64,000 nucleotides of DNA. Source: a virus. Taxonomy: Duplodnaviria > Caudoviricetes. Below, one piece after another: positions 1 through 9,612 of the stretch; the stretch's first letter is position 1; each line of letters opens with the position of its first letter. The notes under the pieces were generated by a model. The model was given only the letters and a program-made list of their open reading frames with translations, had not been told where the DNA came from and did no database searches. The position numbers and the translations under genes are program-made. The DNA is taken from positions 1-64,000 of IMG/VR virus record IMGVR_UViG_651703101_000001. One strand, written 5' to 3'.

Positions 1-402
1 GTGCCTGAACTTACAAGACAAACTAAAGCATTCGTTGACATCTCATTGGACTTCACACCGAACCCAATGACTGGTGACTTGGTGACATTGAAGAACGAAA
101 GATCGATCAATAATTCCATTCGTAACCTCATCTATATCTCTCCACCAGAAGTTCCTTTTCGCGCAGACGTTGGATCTAACGTAAGAAACTCTTTGTTTGA
201 AAATATAGATCAAGGTACTGCAGGAGTTCTTTCATTAGAAATCGAAAGAACCATAAGATATAATGAACCCAGAGTAAAATTAATAGATGTACAGGTGGAT
301 GCAGATGAAGATAGAAATTCATTATCTGTCACAATCAAATATCAAATAGTGGGTTATGATACTATATTTGAAGTCAAAGAAATTCTCAAACCGACCCGAT
401 GA
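1..402 (+). CDS. gp25: Baseplate wedge subunit gp25-like
   Basis: 133 aa with DISLDF..NP.TGDL, SIRNLI..E.PF..DVGS and IERTIRYNEPRVKL motifs; lies upstream of gp6; GTG start at the window edge. Confidence 0.9.
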   Translation: MPELTRQTKAFVDISLDFTPNPMTGDLVTLKNERSINNSIRNLIYISPPEVPFRADVGSNVRNSLFENIDQGTAGVLSLEIERTIRYNEPRVKLIDVQVDADEDRNSLSVTIKYQIVGYDTIFEVKEILKPTR

Positions 403-405
403 CCG

Positions 406-437
406 AAGGGGTGCCATTGACGGAACTGGCACCCCTT
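406..437. promoter_or_regulatory. Inverted repeat (11-bp stem, 10-nt loop) after gp25; possible terminator or protein-binding site
   Basis: aaggggtgcca-ttgacggaac-tggcacccctt read directly; only a weak U-tract follows. Confidence 0.55.
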
Positions 438-561
438 TCCAGCACTGACATCTCGGGATTAGAACAATCGATTTTCCCTTCCTGGGGTGTTGAACCGAGG
501 AATCCTACCACCGGCACATCCCAGATCTACGATAAAACAGAAAGTACAAACGAACAACCTT

Positions 562-798
562 ATGAAAAATTATACTGGACCTGAACCAATTGCAATTAAA
601 GATAGACTACCTGAACCAGAAGATCTTAAAGATGGAGAGTGTTGGTTTTATTCAGCTGTAAATACCATTTATCAAGTTTGGAGACTAGATTATCCAGAGG
701 AAATTGAAACACAGAAAAGATATTGTGAGGATAAGTATACTCATTGGCTACCTTGGTGGGCCCTTCCTATTCTTCCTTTGCAAGGCTTTGATGATTAG
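562..798 (+). CDS. Small DUF551-like hypothetical protein (78 aa from the ATG at 562)
   Basis: PIAIKDRLPEPEDLKDGECW...THWLPWWALP resembles the DUF551/Eaa-type 'SERLP...THW.PLP' pattern; ORF track starts it at 487. Confidence 0.55.
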   Translation: MKNYTGPEPIAIKDRLPEPEDLKDGECWFYSAVNTIYQVWRLDYPEEIETQKRYCEDKYTHWLPWWALPILPLQGFDD

Positions 799-809
799 AT
801 TTTTGATGA

Positions 810-815
810 TAAATA
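810..815 (+). promoter_or_regulatory. T4-type late promoter (TAAATA) for gp6
   Basis: TAAATA 24 nt upstream of the gp6 start. Confidence 0.75.
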
Positions 816-838
816 ACAGAAACAAGTAGGATAAAGCC

Positions 839-2701
839 TTGGCAGGAGCAATACAACTAACAGAAGTTGATTTCCAACAAATAAAAACAAATCTAGTTGA
901 GTACCTTAAGAGTACAAAGAAGTTCACCGACTATGACTTTGAGGGAAGCAACCTATCTGTTATTTTGAACCTGATAGCATATCAGGCACAACTGAATAGT
1001 TATTCCGCAAACATGATTAGCAATGAATCATTTCTTGCTTCCTCATCGATTCGTGATAATACTGTTCTTAATGCTAGAATGCTTGGCTATCTTCCAACCA
1101 GCCAAAGATCTGCAGTAATTTCTGTAGATCTACAATTCGTCTTAAATCCATTAGACTATCCAGGCGGTACATTACCTTCTTATATTGAATTAAGACCAGG
1201 AATGTGTTTTTCTACAAATAGTGGAAAACAGAATTTTGTATTCAATATTATCGATACTCAAATTGCAGCTGTCACTGGTCAGGGTGTTTGTCAATTCAGA
1301 GATCTATTAGTTTATGAAGGTTTCTATACCAACTTAAACTTTACTGTAGATACTACAGATTTTAATCAAAGATTTATAATTGAAAACTCTCTAATTGATA
1401 CTTCAACAATTCGTGTAGAAGTTCAAGAAGATCCTAACGTTGATGTAATTTCATACTACACTCCAGCAACGAATCTTGTTGAATTAGATTCCCTAAGCAG
1501 AGTTTTCTGGATCGAAGAAATTAAGAATGGCCACTATCAATTAACTTTTGGTGATGGATTGTTTGGTAAGAAATTAGAAAATGGTGCAAAAATTTCAGTC
1601 ACCTATCTAGTAAGTAATGGAGATCTCGCAAACGGAATTCAAAACAACAATAATTTTGCATACGTTGGTCAATCATATGATTCTTTTGGGACTAGAATCA
1701 GAACACTACCAACAATCCTAAACTCTCCAGTTTCTTCTGGTGGAGCTCCAATTGAAGATGTCCCATCCATCAAATTCCGTGCACCAAAATATTTTGGTGC
1801 ACAGCAAAGATGTGTAACTGCAGGAGATTATGCTGCATTAACCCGACAAATCTATCCAGCAGTTCAGGATATCTATGTTTATGGTGGAGAAACACTACCA
1901 ATTCCTGTTTATGGAAGAGTTTATGTCATCATAAAACCAATTTCTGGAGAAAGTCTATCAAATACAACTAAAAATTTCATTCTTAAGAGTTTGGCAGACT
2001 ATAGAATAGCATCATTAGACATTGTAATTGAAGATCCTACCATTTTGCATGTCGAATGTGTCTCTCTTATTCGTTTTGATGATACAAAAACAAATAAAGA
2101 TGCATCTTCAATTACAGCTGCAGTCAAATCTACTCTTTTGAACTACGCAAATTCTCCATCTGTTGCAAAATTTGGAGGTGTTGTTAGGTATTCTAGAGTA
2201 GTTGGGGCCATCGATGATAGTGATTCTGCAATTACTAGAAATAATACCAGTCTTCGTATGCGAAGAGACATAAAAACTCTCATTAATACTTCAGCGAGTT
2301 ATAAAATTTGTTTCAATAATGAGTTTGCAAACGATTCTGTAGGTAATATCGTATGGTCTACCGGATTTAAAGTAGAATCCAATGGAATTTTGGACGATAG
2401 AACTTATTATTTTGAAGATGATGGCCAAGGAAATATACGTTTATTCTATAATGATGCACAAAATACAAAAGTAATCACTGATGTCGGATTCGGAACAGTA
2501 GATTACAAAACCGGAGTTGTTAAAATTGGATATCAAAATCCAATAACCATCGTAAGTACAGTGATTCCTAATGGAATCATTGAAATTCGGGCCCGACCAA
2601 AACAACAAGATGTTCGTGCTATGCACTCAATATACCTGTCAGTTGATATATCAAAGTCAGATATTCAATCAGTAATAGATACAGAAATTTCTAGATCATA
2701 A
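839..2701 (+). CDS. gp6: Baseplate wedge protein gp6
   Basis: LTEVDFQQIKTNL, FTDYDFEGSNLS, ESFLAS, FGDG..GKKL and Q.R.VT..DY motifs; TTG start. Confidence 0.95.
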   Translation: MAGAIQLTEVDFQQIKTNLVEYLKSTKKFTDYDFEGSNLSVILNLIAYQAQLNSYSANMISNESFLASSSIRDNTVLNARMLGYLPTSQRSAVISVDLQFVLNPLDYPGGTLPSYIELRPGMCFSTNSGKQNFVFNIIDTQIAAVTGQGVCQFRDLLVYEGFYTNLNFTVDTTDFNQRFIIENSLIDTSTIRVEVQEDPNVDVISYYTPATNLVELDSLSRVFWIEEIKNGHYQLTFGDGLFGKKLENGAKISVTYLVSNGDLANGIQNNNNFAYVGQSYDSFGTRIRTLPTILNSPVSSGGAPIEDVPSIKFRAPKYFGAQQRCVTAGDYAALTRQIYPAVQDIYVYGGETLPIPVYGRVYVIIKPISGESLSNTTKNFILKSLADYRIASLDIVIEDPTILHVECVSLIRFDDTKTNKDASSITAAVKSTLLNYANSPSVAKFGGVVRYSRVVGAIDDSDSAITRNNTSLRMRRDIKTLINTSASYKICFNNEFANDSVGNIVWSTGFKVESNGILDDRTYYFEDDGQGNIRLFYNDAQNTKVITDVGFGTVDYKTGVVKIGYQNPITIVSTVIPNGIIEIRARPKQQDVRAMHSIYLSVDISKSDIQSVIDTEISRS

Positions 2702-5700
2702 TGAACAATAAAACCTTGTATCCTTCAACTCAAATAGACACCATATTGCCTCAATATATCATTGAGCAATACAGAAATTTTGTAAATTTCATGACCTCTG
2801 CGTCAGAGAGTCAAGAACGAATGGGCTTTGGCCAAGATATTCTTCAAAATTTACAGACATATAGGGACTTTGACACATACCAAAAGGGAATCATTAAGTT
2901 CGGAGTCCTGTCACAAACGATTGAAAAGGATAGTAATGAACTTATACTTGAGAATGGGTTTGGATTTCCAGAAGAAAATGGTGTCCTATACATTGACAAT
3001 GAAATTATTCTTTACAGAACAAAAGAAGGAAATACATTTTATGATCTAAAGAGAGGATCTGCAGGAACTACTATCCTTCCAACATTCACAACTTCCGGTG
3101 AATATCTAGAAACATGCCCAGAAAAACATGTTGCTGGTGCAAGAGTAGTCAATCTATCTGTACTGTTTTTGGCTTCAATGCTGGAAACAATCTATAGTTC
3201 TTTTGCTCCAGATATAGATTCATCAAAGATTTTCTCTGAGGTGAATCAGTCTTCATTGTTATCAAATATTCGTGACTTCTTCCAATCTAAGGGAACTAAA
3301 TTAGGAATTCAAACATTATTTAAAATGATGTTTGGAGATACAGGTACCGATGTATCGTATCCTGGTGATCAAATAATCGTTCCTTCTGTGTCAACTTATG
3401 CAGAAGATTTGATCTGTAGAGTTGTCCCTTTGCCGCGGGTATTCTATGCACCGAGAGAATTGCCTACAGATCCTGGTATCCTGATAGGTTCAATTATTCA
3501 ATGTAAGTCCTACAATGATGACATCGTATATGGGGAAGCGATGGTCGAATATACCAAATCTTATCCTTTTGGTCAGAGTATCCAATACGATTTACTACTC
3601 AACAACGAAAGTCTAACTGGAAGAATAATTCCAAACCCTTTTACTAATTTAACTCAAGCATTAACAGTCAATACAACCACAATTCTTGTAGATTCTACAG
3701 AAGGATTTCCTGAGCGTGGAGTTTTGTTTATTAACAATGAAGGTATCCTTTATGAAGATAAAACAAATACTTCTTTTATCAATTGTTCTAGAGGATATTT
3801 GGGACAGGAAACAAATCATGAATTGGATTCAAAAGTAAGAGGTCCTTTTTATATTCAAGGAAATTACTTTTTGCAAGGAGAAAGTGTAGAAGATAAGTGC
3901 AATCCCGATTCTTCAACTATAGTCACAAGTCGTTCTTGGCCAGCTGGTTTAGTTTCTGAAACTAATATATTAGATGCCGGCCTTCTACACAGTGAGTCAG
4001 ATACTTTTATTATTAAAGAACCGATTACAAATACAAATAGAACAGATATAGAAATTGTAGTTTCTGATGTTTCCGCCGGTGGAATATCTGATGTACATAT
4101 TCAAGATCCTGGATCTAACCGAACAGCTGTTGGTGATTTACTGTACTTTGACAATACCGATACCTTTGGTGCTGGTGCTGCCGCTACGGTATCTTGGATT
4201 CGGGGTGAATGTATAGAAGATTCCACAGGATGTGAAATCGTAACAAGATTAGTTAGTCATAGACAATCATTTAACTTTTCATCATATGCTGACTCTTCAA
4301 AGTATATTTTTGTTCCTGGTCAATTCATAGAAACATCCGATAATCCAACAAACCCTTCAGCAACAGCAATAGTTTCCTCTTGGAATACTGTAACAAAGAT
4401 CCTAACAGTTCAAACTATTTCTTCCAACCTAATTCTTGCTGGTGATATCATTAAAGATGCTAGAGGATTCAGAATACCTATTGCTCCAGACTACTTGGGA
4501 GTTATACCCGTCACAAACAGCATTGCCCAAATTGGACAAGATTACGAATTTTCTAATCTAACAATTTTAGACTATGTTGCACCAACAACTAGATTGAATG
4601 GTTCGCCTCTAGTCAATGGTGATCTTTGGTGGTCTGTTCAGAATGGTAGATTGTATATTTTCTATGACAACTATTGGGTCGTAACTCAACCATATGCATC
4701 TCGTAGTTTTGGGATTAGTTCATTAAATGAGCCAATTGGTGTCACTGGTGCAGACTTTATTGCAACAGGATTCACACCTACAAAAAGTCAGATTATAATT
4801 TCTGACACATATCCAACATCAAATCCAAACGGAAGTGCACTTAGAATTGGTGATCTTTGGTGGTCTCCTGTCACTGGTCTTCTTTATGTTTGGAATAGTG
4901 ATTTGGCCGTAGGGGGTGGATGCATCACCGGATGTGGTGGGGAGACCTCACAGCAGTCTGCGGAGTGGGTGTGTACAGATCCAACCGGATTGTTGTCCTG
5001 GGGTCCTCAGGGTTCACAGGATCAAGGTCCAGGGACTCCTGTAGCTCCAGTAAGTGCATCATCTTTTGATCTAACTGTTGTTGTTGCAGAAACAGCACCC
5101 CTAGGGAAACCAGACGGAACTCTGTGGTGGAGCAGTAGGGTAGGTAGACTCTTTGTTCGTTATCAAAATACTTGGGTCATTACAAATCCTTTTGGAAATG
5201 CATCGGGATCTGAATCCTATTTTCCAGACGGAACTCTAGACAATAGTGGATCTAGTTTCTTTGAGAGTGGGCCCATTGTTTCTCTTCCAGAGTCTGCCAC
5301 TCAAACTGAACTATTTTTCACAGATTCCTGTCATTTTTTCCCTGGAGATAATGTTGTATTTTCAAACGGTGAAAGATCTACTGTTCTTAAAAAGAATGTA
5401 AGTTCTTTTGTATTGCAAAGAGATGGATCATCAGTGGAACTTCTAGATGGTACCGTGATGAAAAATAAATCCAGGGCCAAAATTACTATTCAAACAGAAG
5501 AAGTACATAATCTAAAAGTAGGTGACGTGGTTAGATTTTATAGTCCTATCGAGTCTTTAAATGAAAGTGTATTCGATGTCATCGATGTAGGTGATATTGT
5601 ACCCGCACAGGCCACAGTACAACTCACAGGAAATTCTGTATCTGATATCACTATCATCGATGCTGGAGAAAATTATGATAGAGATTTCTATGTAAAATTT

Positions 5701-7065
5701 GTTGGTGGCGGTGGATCTGGGGCTGTTGCGATTGCAAGAGTTACCGATGGGAGTGTAGATACTGTTGATATTATTTCTGGGGGTGTTAATTACACTTCAG
5801 TACCTGCGGTAGAATTTTTATTTGAAAGGTCTAAGTATTTCTTTACTGTATACTCTGATGTTTGGTATGCCAATCCAAACATCACACACTACGAAACTTC
5901 TTCCCTTTCTGCAGAAAACTATGCTGCAGAAATTAAACTTATTTCTGGTGGTGATGGTTATATTTCTTTACCAACAATTCCTGGGATCTATAAAAGAGAA
6001 ATTGACAGGGCATCATTTAAATTTGAACTCAGTGGTACTTCTATAGATTCAATTACAGTATTGAATGGTGGCGCAAGATATGTTAATCCTAAAGCAATCA
6101 TCATAGATCCAAACGGAAAGGGAAATGGAGCAGTAGTTAACCTGATTGCAAACAATGGGGTTATCGTATTTGCCCAAGTTATAGTGTCTGGTATTGATTA
6201 TGAAAACCCATTCATGATTGTTATAGAAGAAGGACAATATCTACCAATGACAACAGACATTGGTAAAATATTAGCATTTAAAGTTATCAATGAAGGAAGA
6301 GAAGTAAATCCAAATCCATTAAGAACTCCTCTCGTTTATGTTGAAACTAAACTCCTACTCAAATATCCAACACCAAATTCATGTATAGGTATTGGCTCAA
6401 ATTCCACCCCAACATGGACTGTTGGTAATACAGTTAGTATAGGAAGTACATCTGGAATTATTACATCTTGGGATCCTGATAATCAAATTCTATCTGTTAA
6501 TAATGTTCTGGGTTCAATTCAAAATGGAGATACTGTTTCTGATCTTAGTGGGAACTCAGCTACCATTTTGATTAATGGTCAGTCTAGACAGAATTTAGTT
6601 GTAAGTGGTACCTCTATACTAAATGGAAAATTTATTACTGATAAATCTATCGTTAGTTCAAATTTCTCTAATCTCCAAGATGGAAAATATTATCAATCTT
6701 TCTCATATGTCATCGAGTCATCTAGACAAAGAAGACAATATGAGACTCTAGTTGATAGTATTATTCACCCAGCTGGATTTGTATACTTCTCTAAAACTAA
6801 ATTAGAAAACAATACAATAACTAACAATACAGTTGATACTCCTATCATCGGTCCTCCGCGTGTCTTAGGCAATCAAGGTGGCCAAGGTGGTCAAGGAGGT
6901 CAAGGAGGCCAAGGTGGTCAAGGTGGTCAAGGAGGCCAAGGTGGTCAAGGAGGCCAAGGTGGTCAAGGTGGTCAAGGTGGTCAAGGTCCACAAGGTGTAC
7001 TGGGTCCTATTACAGTAGGCCGCGTAATTTATAGAATATTTAATGCAAATCCTCAAGGGGAATAA
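2701..7065 (+). CDS. gp7: Baseplate wedge initiator gp7-like protein
   Basis: IRDFFQSKGT and LQD..YYQSFSYVIES...IHPAG motifs; position between gp6 and gp8; three GDLWW repeats; (QGG)12 tail. Confidence 0.8.
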   Translation: MNNKTLYPSTQIDTILPQYIIEQYRNFVNFMTSASESQERMGFGQDILQNLQTYRDFDTYQKGIIKFGVLSQTIEKDSNELILENGFGFPEENGVLYIDNEIILYRTKEGNTFYDLKRGSAGTTILPTFTTSGEYLETCPEKHVAGARVVNLSVLFLASMLETIYSSFAPDIDSSKIFSEVNQSSLLSNIRDFFQSKGTKLGIQTLFKMMFGDTGTDVSYPGDQIIVPSVSTYAEDLICRVVPLPRVFYAPRELPTDPGILIGSIIQCKSYNDDIVYGEAMVEYTKSYPFGQSIQYDLLLNNESLTGRIIPNPFTNLTQALTVNTTTILVDSTEGFPERGVLFINNEGILYEDKTNTSFINCSRGYLGQETNHELDSKVRGPFYIQGNYFLQGESVEDKCNPDSSTIVTSRSWPAGLVSETNILDAGLLHSESDTFIIKEPITNTNRTDIEIVVSDVSAGGISDVHIQDPGSNRTAVGDLLYFDNTDTFGAGAAATVSWIRGECIEDSTGCEIVTRLVSHRQSFNFSSYADSSKYIFVPGQFIETSDNPTNPSATAIVSSWNTVTKILTVQTISSNLILAGDIIKDARGFRIPIAPDYLGVIPVTNSIAQIGQDYEFSNLTILDYVAPTTRLNGSPLVNGDLWWSVQNGRLYIFYDNYWVVTQPYASRSFGISSLNEPIGVTGADFIATGFTPTKSQIIISDTYPTSNPNGSALRIGDLWWSPVTGLLYVWNSDLAVGGGCITGCGGETSQQSAEWVCTDPTGLLSWGPQGSQDQGPGTPVAPVSASSFDLTVVVAETAPLGKPDGTLWWSSRVGRLFVRYQNTWVITNPFGNASGSESYFPDGTLDNSGSSFFESGPIVSLPESATQTELFFTDSCHFFPGDNVVFSNGERSTVLKKNVSSFVLQRDGSSVELLDGTVMKNKSRAKITIQTEEVHNLKVGDVVRFYSPIESLNESVFDVIDVGDIVPAQATVQLTGNSVSDITIIDAGENYDRDFYVKFVGGGGSGAVAIARVTDGSVDTVDIISGGVNYTSVPAVEFLFERSKYFFTVYSDVWYANPNITHYETSSLSAENYAAEIKLISGGDGYISLPTIPGIYKREIDRASFKFELSGTSIDSITVLNGGARYVNPKAIIIDPNGKGNGAVVNLIANNGVIVFAQVIVSGIDYENPFMIVIEEGQYLPMTTDIGKILAFKVINEGREVNPNPLRTPLVYVETKLLLKYPTPNSCIGIGSNSTPTWTVGNTVSIGSTSGIITSWDPDNQILSVNNVLGSIQNGDTVSDLSGNSATILINGQSRQNLVVSGTSILNGKFITDKSIVSSNFSNLQDGKYYQSFSYVIESSRQRRQYETLVDSIIHPAGFVYFSKTKLENNTITNNTVDTPIIGPPRVLGNQGGQGGQGGQGGQGGQGGQGGQGGQGGQGGQGGQGGQGPQGVLGPITVGRVIYRIFNANPQGE
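6874..6996 (+). repeat. 9-bp degenerate tandem repeat caaggWggY encoding (QGG)12 followed by QGPQG
   Basis: Read directly from DNA and protein. Confidence 0.95.
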
Positions 7066-7067
7066 TC

Positions 7068-7073
7068 TAAATA
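7068..7073 (+). promoter_or_regulatory. Late promoter TAAATA
   Basis: Intergenic, upstream of ORF 7094. Confidence 0.7.
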
Positions 7074-7093
7074 GTTAGAGAAAAAGAATAACA

Positions 7094-8047
7094 ATGTCAA
7101 TTCCTGCATATATAGAAATCTTTTCTGGTGACGGCCTAGAGAAAATAACAAAACAGTTACCGGATTATGAACCTGCAGATTGTAGATTTCGTAATTCCGA
7201 ATTATTATTCAGTGGCCTGACTCCCAATGGAATTATAGTAAATTTTGTTGAAGGAACCGAAGACTTTTTGACCTTTCCTACTGGAGGAAAAACATGTATA
7301 TTTGTTGGAATATATGATAGGTTAATTACCAGTCTAATGGCTATACCAGATCCTTTAAATCCAGTAACTCCACCATTTTTAAAATCCACTCATGCTTATG
7401 GCCAATTTGCCTTTTACATTGAGGAAGATAGATTAAAAGAAATACCTGTACCGAATATATTTACAAATAGATCCATAGGTACTATTGTTGATGGGATTGT
7501 AGAAATTGACGGATTTGAATATAATGTAGAAAGATGGGTTCCTCCTGCAGATGTTTTATTTTTGGAACCAGATCCCAATATAGCACCAAATCAAGTATCA
7601 GTTAGACCTAGATATGACATTGTACAATTCGGCGATGGTCGTCCGTTCTCTGAACTGCAGGGGCCGCGAGATGCATTTTTTGCGTACAATCCTCCATTTG
7701 ACACATCATCTCTAGATGTTACATTTGTTCCTAGACAGAATGAATATACTGCCCCACTGCAGACGCCATCTTCTTACTTTTGGTTCAAGCCAGAACATGT
7801 TCCAAAGTTTAATGCAAATCTTCCTACATTTATAAATTCTTCTTGGTTGAACACAAGTGGTTCATATGAACCACCGATTAATACTGATGATCCATTCTCA
7901 AGAGGGAATGGATATTCTTGGCTTAATAGTAGTGGTGTTTATGATCCAGACATGTACGCGTATCTGAGAGGATTAGTTAATCAAATTAATCCATCCGTTA
8001 GACCTGTTGCTGTCAGGGCAAATTATGAATACTTCACCGGAGGTTAA
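7094..8047 (+). CDS. Hypothetical Pro/aromatic-rich late protein, probably structural
   Basis: 317-aa ORF behind a late promoter; internal SWLN(T/S)SG.Y(E/D)P duplication; no family recognised. Confidence 0.7.
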   Translation: MSIPAYIEIFSGDGLEKITKQLPDYEPADCRFRNSELLFSGLTPNGIIVNFVEGTEDFLTFPTGGKTCIFVGIYDRLITSLMAIPDPLNPVTPPFLKSTHAYGQFAFYIEEDRLKEIPVPNIFTNRSIGTIVDGIVEIDGFEYNVERWVPPADVLFLEPDPNIAPNQVSVRPRYDIVQFGDGRPFSELQGPRDAFFAYNPPFDTSSLDVTFVPRQNEYTAPLQTPSSYFWFKPEHVPKFNANLPTFINSSWLNTSGSYEPPINTDDPFSRGNGYSWLNSSGVYDPDMYAYLRGLVNQINPSVRPVAVRANYEYFTGG

Positions 8048-8049
8048 TA

Positions 8050-9564
8050 GTGACTAATCAAACTCGCATATATTCTGATGCATATATCTGGCAGGGGGGT
8101 GATGTCCCCCCAGTTGCAAATTATAATTTGCAATATCCAGATGAGCCTGCTTATGTCAATCTATATCATCCAAGATCTAACTCAAATGAATTAGTACCAT
8201 TTACTGATTCAAATTGGACAAATATTACTATAACGACTCCCTTTGATGGAGGGGGATTTACACCAGAAAGAAAAATAGCTATATTTTGGGATTGGAATGT
8301 TCCAACGTACTGCAGAAATCAAGCACTATCTTTAGGATTCACTAATGATGATTTGACCTCTCCACCACCACCAGAATTAGGAGAAGAAACATACGATGGC
8401 TACGGTGGGGAATCTGGATTTACTAATTCTATTGAATTGAGAGTTACCAGAGGTAGAACTGTAATTTCTAGTGGATTTGTCAAATATTTTCAAAACATTA
8501 TTCAAACAATACCAACACCTGCACCAGAAATTAGTTATAGTGTACATAAGGCATTCGAGGCGATATCCCCAGGTAATGTAAGTTTGGCAGTAGTTGTGGT
8601 AAAGGAAGAATATGAATTTTCTGAAGGGTATACTGGATACCAAGGAAATTTGTTGGACATTTCTACACTTTCACCTGAAGCTTGGTGGGATGCAAATGAT
8701 AATTCTACAATAAGTACAAGATATGTGGAAGATGATGGTGCATATTACATAACAGAATGGAATGATAAAAGTGGAAACGGGTGGAACCTAACTCAACCGG
8801 TCGAAGCTTCACAACCCGTATTTTTTGTATACGATGGAATAATTCCAATAGATGGAACTCTTTGGAATGGAATTCCAAATTCATTATATCTGCAATCTGC
8901 CCCAGGATCCTTTACAATTAAAGAATTCTATGTTGTATGTTATAACGATATTGATTTCCCTATTAACCAGGGATTGTTTAATCCCTCCGATGCATCTACA
9001 TCTTGGTTTACAACTTCTGCTGACGGGACTTTCTTAGATTCCCCGAGTGAAGTATATTTAAATGGAAATAATGTCGATAACGTTTCTGCAGATGTAACTA
9101 CTATTATGTTTGGTTCGACAATTCTATTTCGAGTAGTTTTACCAGCAGTAACTACTGTAACTGATGGTGTAGTTATGGGTTCTGATAGAATCTTCAACAC
9201 AGATACGGGTTGGAGTGGGGGAATTTTAGAACTTGTAGTATTTTCTAGTGAACTAACAGTATCCGAAAGAGAATCATTAGAAACGCACCTAATGGAAAAA
9301 TGGAGAATTAATGCTGACCCAGGTGATTACTTTTCAAATAGTCAAGTCACAGTAGATGTAGATGTTATTTCAGCTAATTTAGTTAATTATGTTTGGGAAG
9401 TGAGTCCCCCAAGTTTAAACATTCAAAGTGGAATTGATATTGTTGATGTCGGAGTCTTCTCTGATTCTGATATCAGAAATAATTCACCAGACTGGTCAGC
9501 ATACCCAACAGTTCAAGATCAAGGATCTAGTTATGATCTTATGTATATTGATATTGTTTCTTGA
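8050..9564 (+). CDS. Putative virion structural protein with a LamG/ConA-like fibre domain
   Basis: AWWDAND...WNDKSGNG..LTQ and G.ILELVVFS..L...ER..LETHLMEKW, typical of phage LamG-like modules. Confidence 0.65.
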   Translation: MTNQTRIYSDAYIWQGGDVPPVANYNLQYPDEPAYVNLYHPRSNSNELVPFTDSNWTNITITTPFDGGGFTPERKIAIFWDWNVPTYCRNQALSLGFTNDDLTSPPPPELGEETYDGYGGESGFTNSIELRVTRGRTVISSGFVKYFQNIIQTIPTPAPEISYSVHKAFEAISPGNVSLAVVVVKEEYEFSEGYTGYQGNLLDISTLSPEAWWDANDNSTISTRYVEDDGAYYITEWNDKSGNGWNLTQPVEASQPVFFVYDGIIPIDGTLWNGIPNSLYLQSAPGSFTIKEFYVVCYNDIDFPINQGLFNPSDASTSWFTTSADGTFLDSPSEVYLNGNNVDNVSADVTTIMFGSTILFRVVLPAVTTVTDGVVMGSDRIFNTDTGWSGGILELVVFSSELTVSERESLETHLMEKWRINADPGDYFSNSQVTVDVDVISANLVNYVWEVSPPSLNIQSGIDIVDVGVFSDSDIRNNSPDWSAYPTVQDQGSSYDLMYIDIVS

Positions 9565-9570
9565 TAAATA
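9565..9570 (+). promoter_or_regulatory. Late promoter TAAATA for gp8
   Basis: Intergenic TAAATA. Confidence 0.7.
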
Positions 9571-9612
9571 ACAAAATATACTAACCATTGTTAATTCTGA
9601 GCCAATCGTAAT

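Noticed and set aside
399-584. 61-aa ORF overlapping the gp25 stop
   Set aside because: Runs through the hairpin and spacer and overlaps the better-supported 562-798 ORF; no recognisable motif
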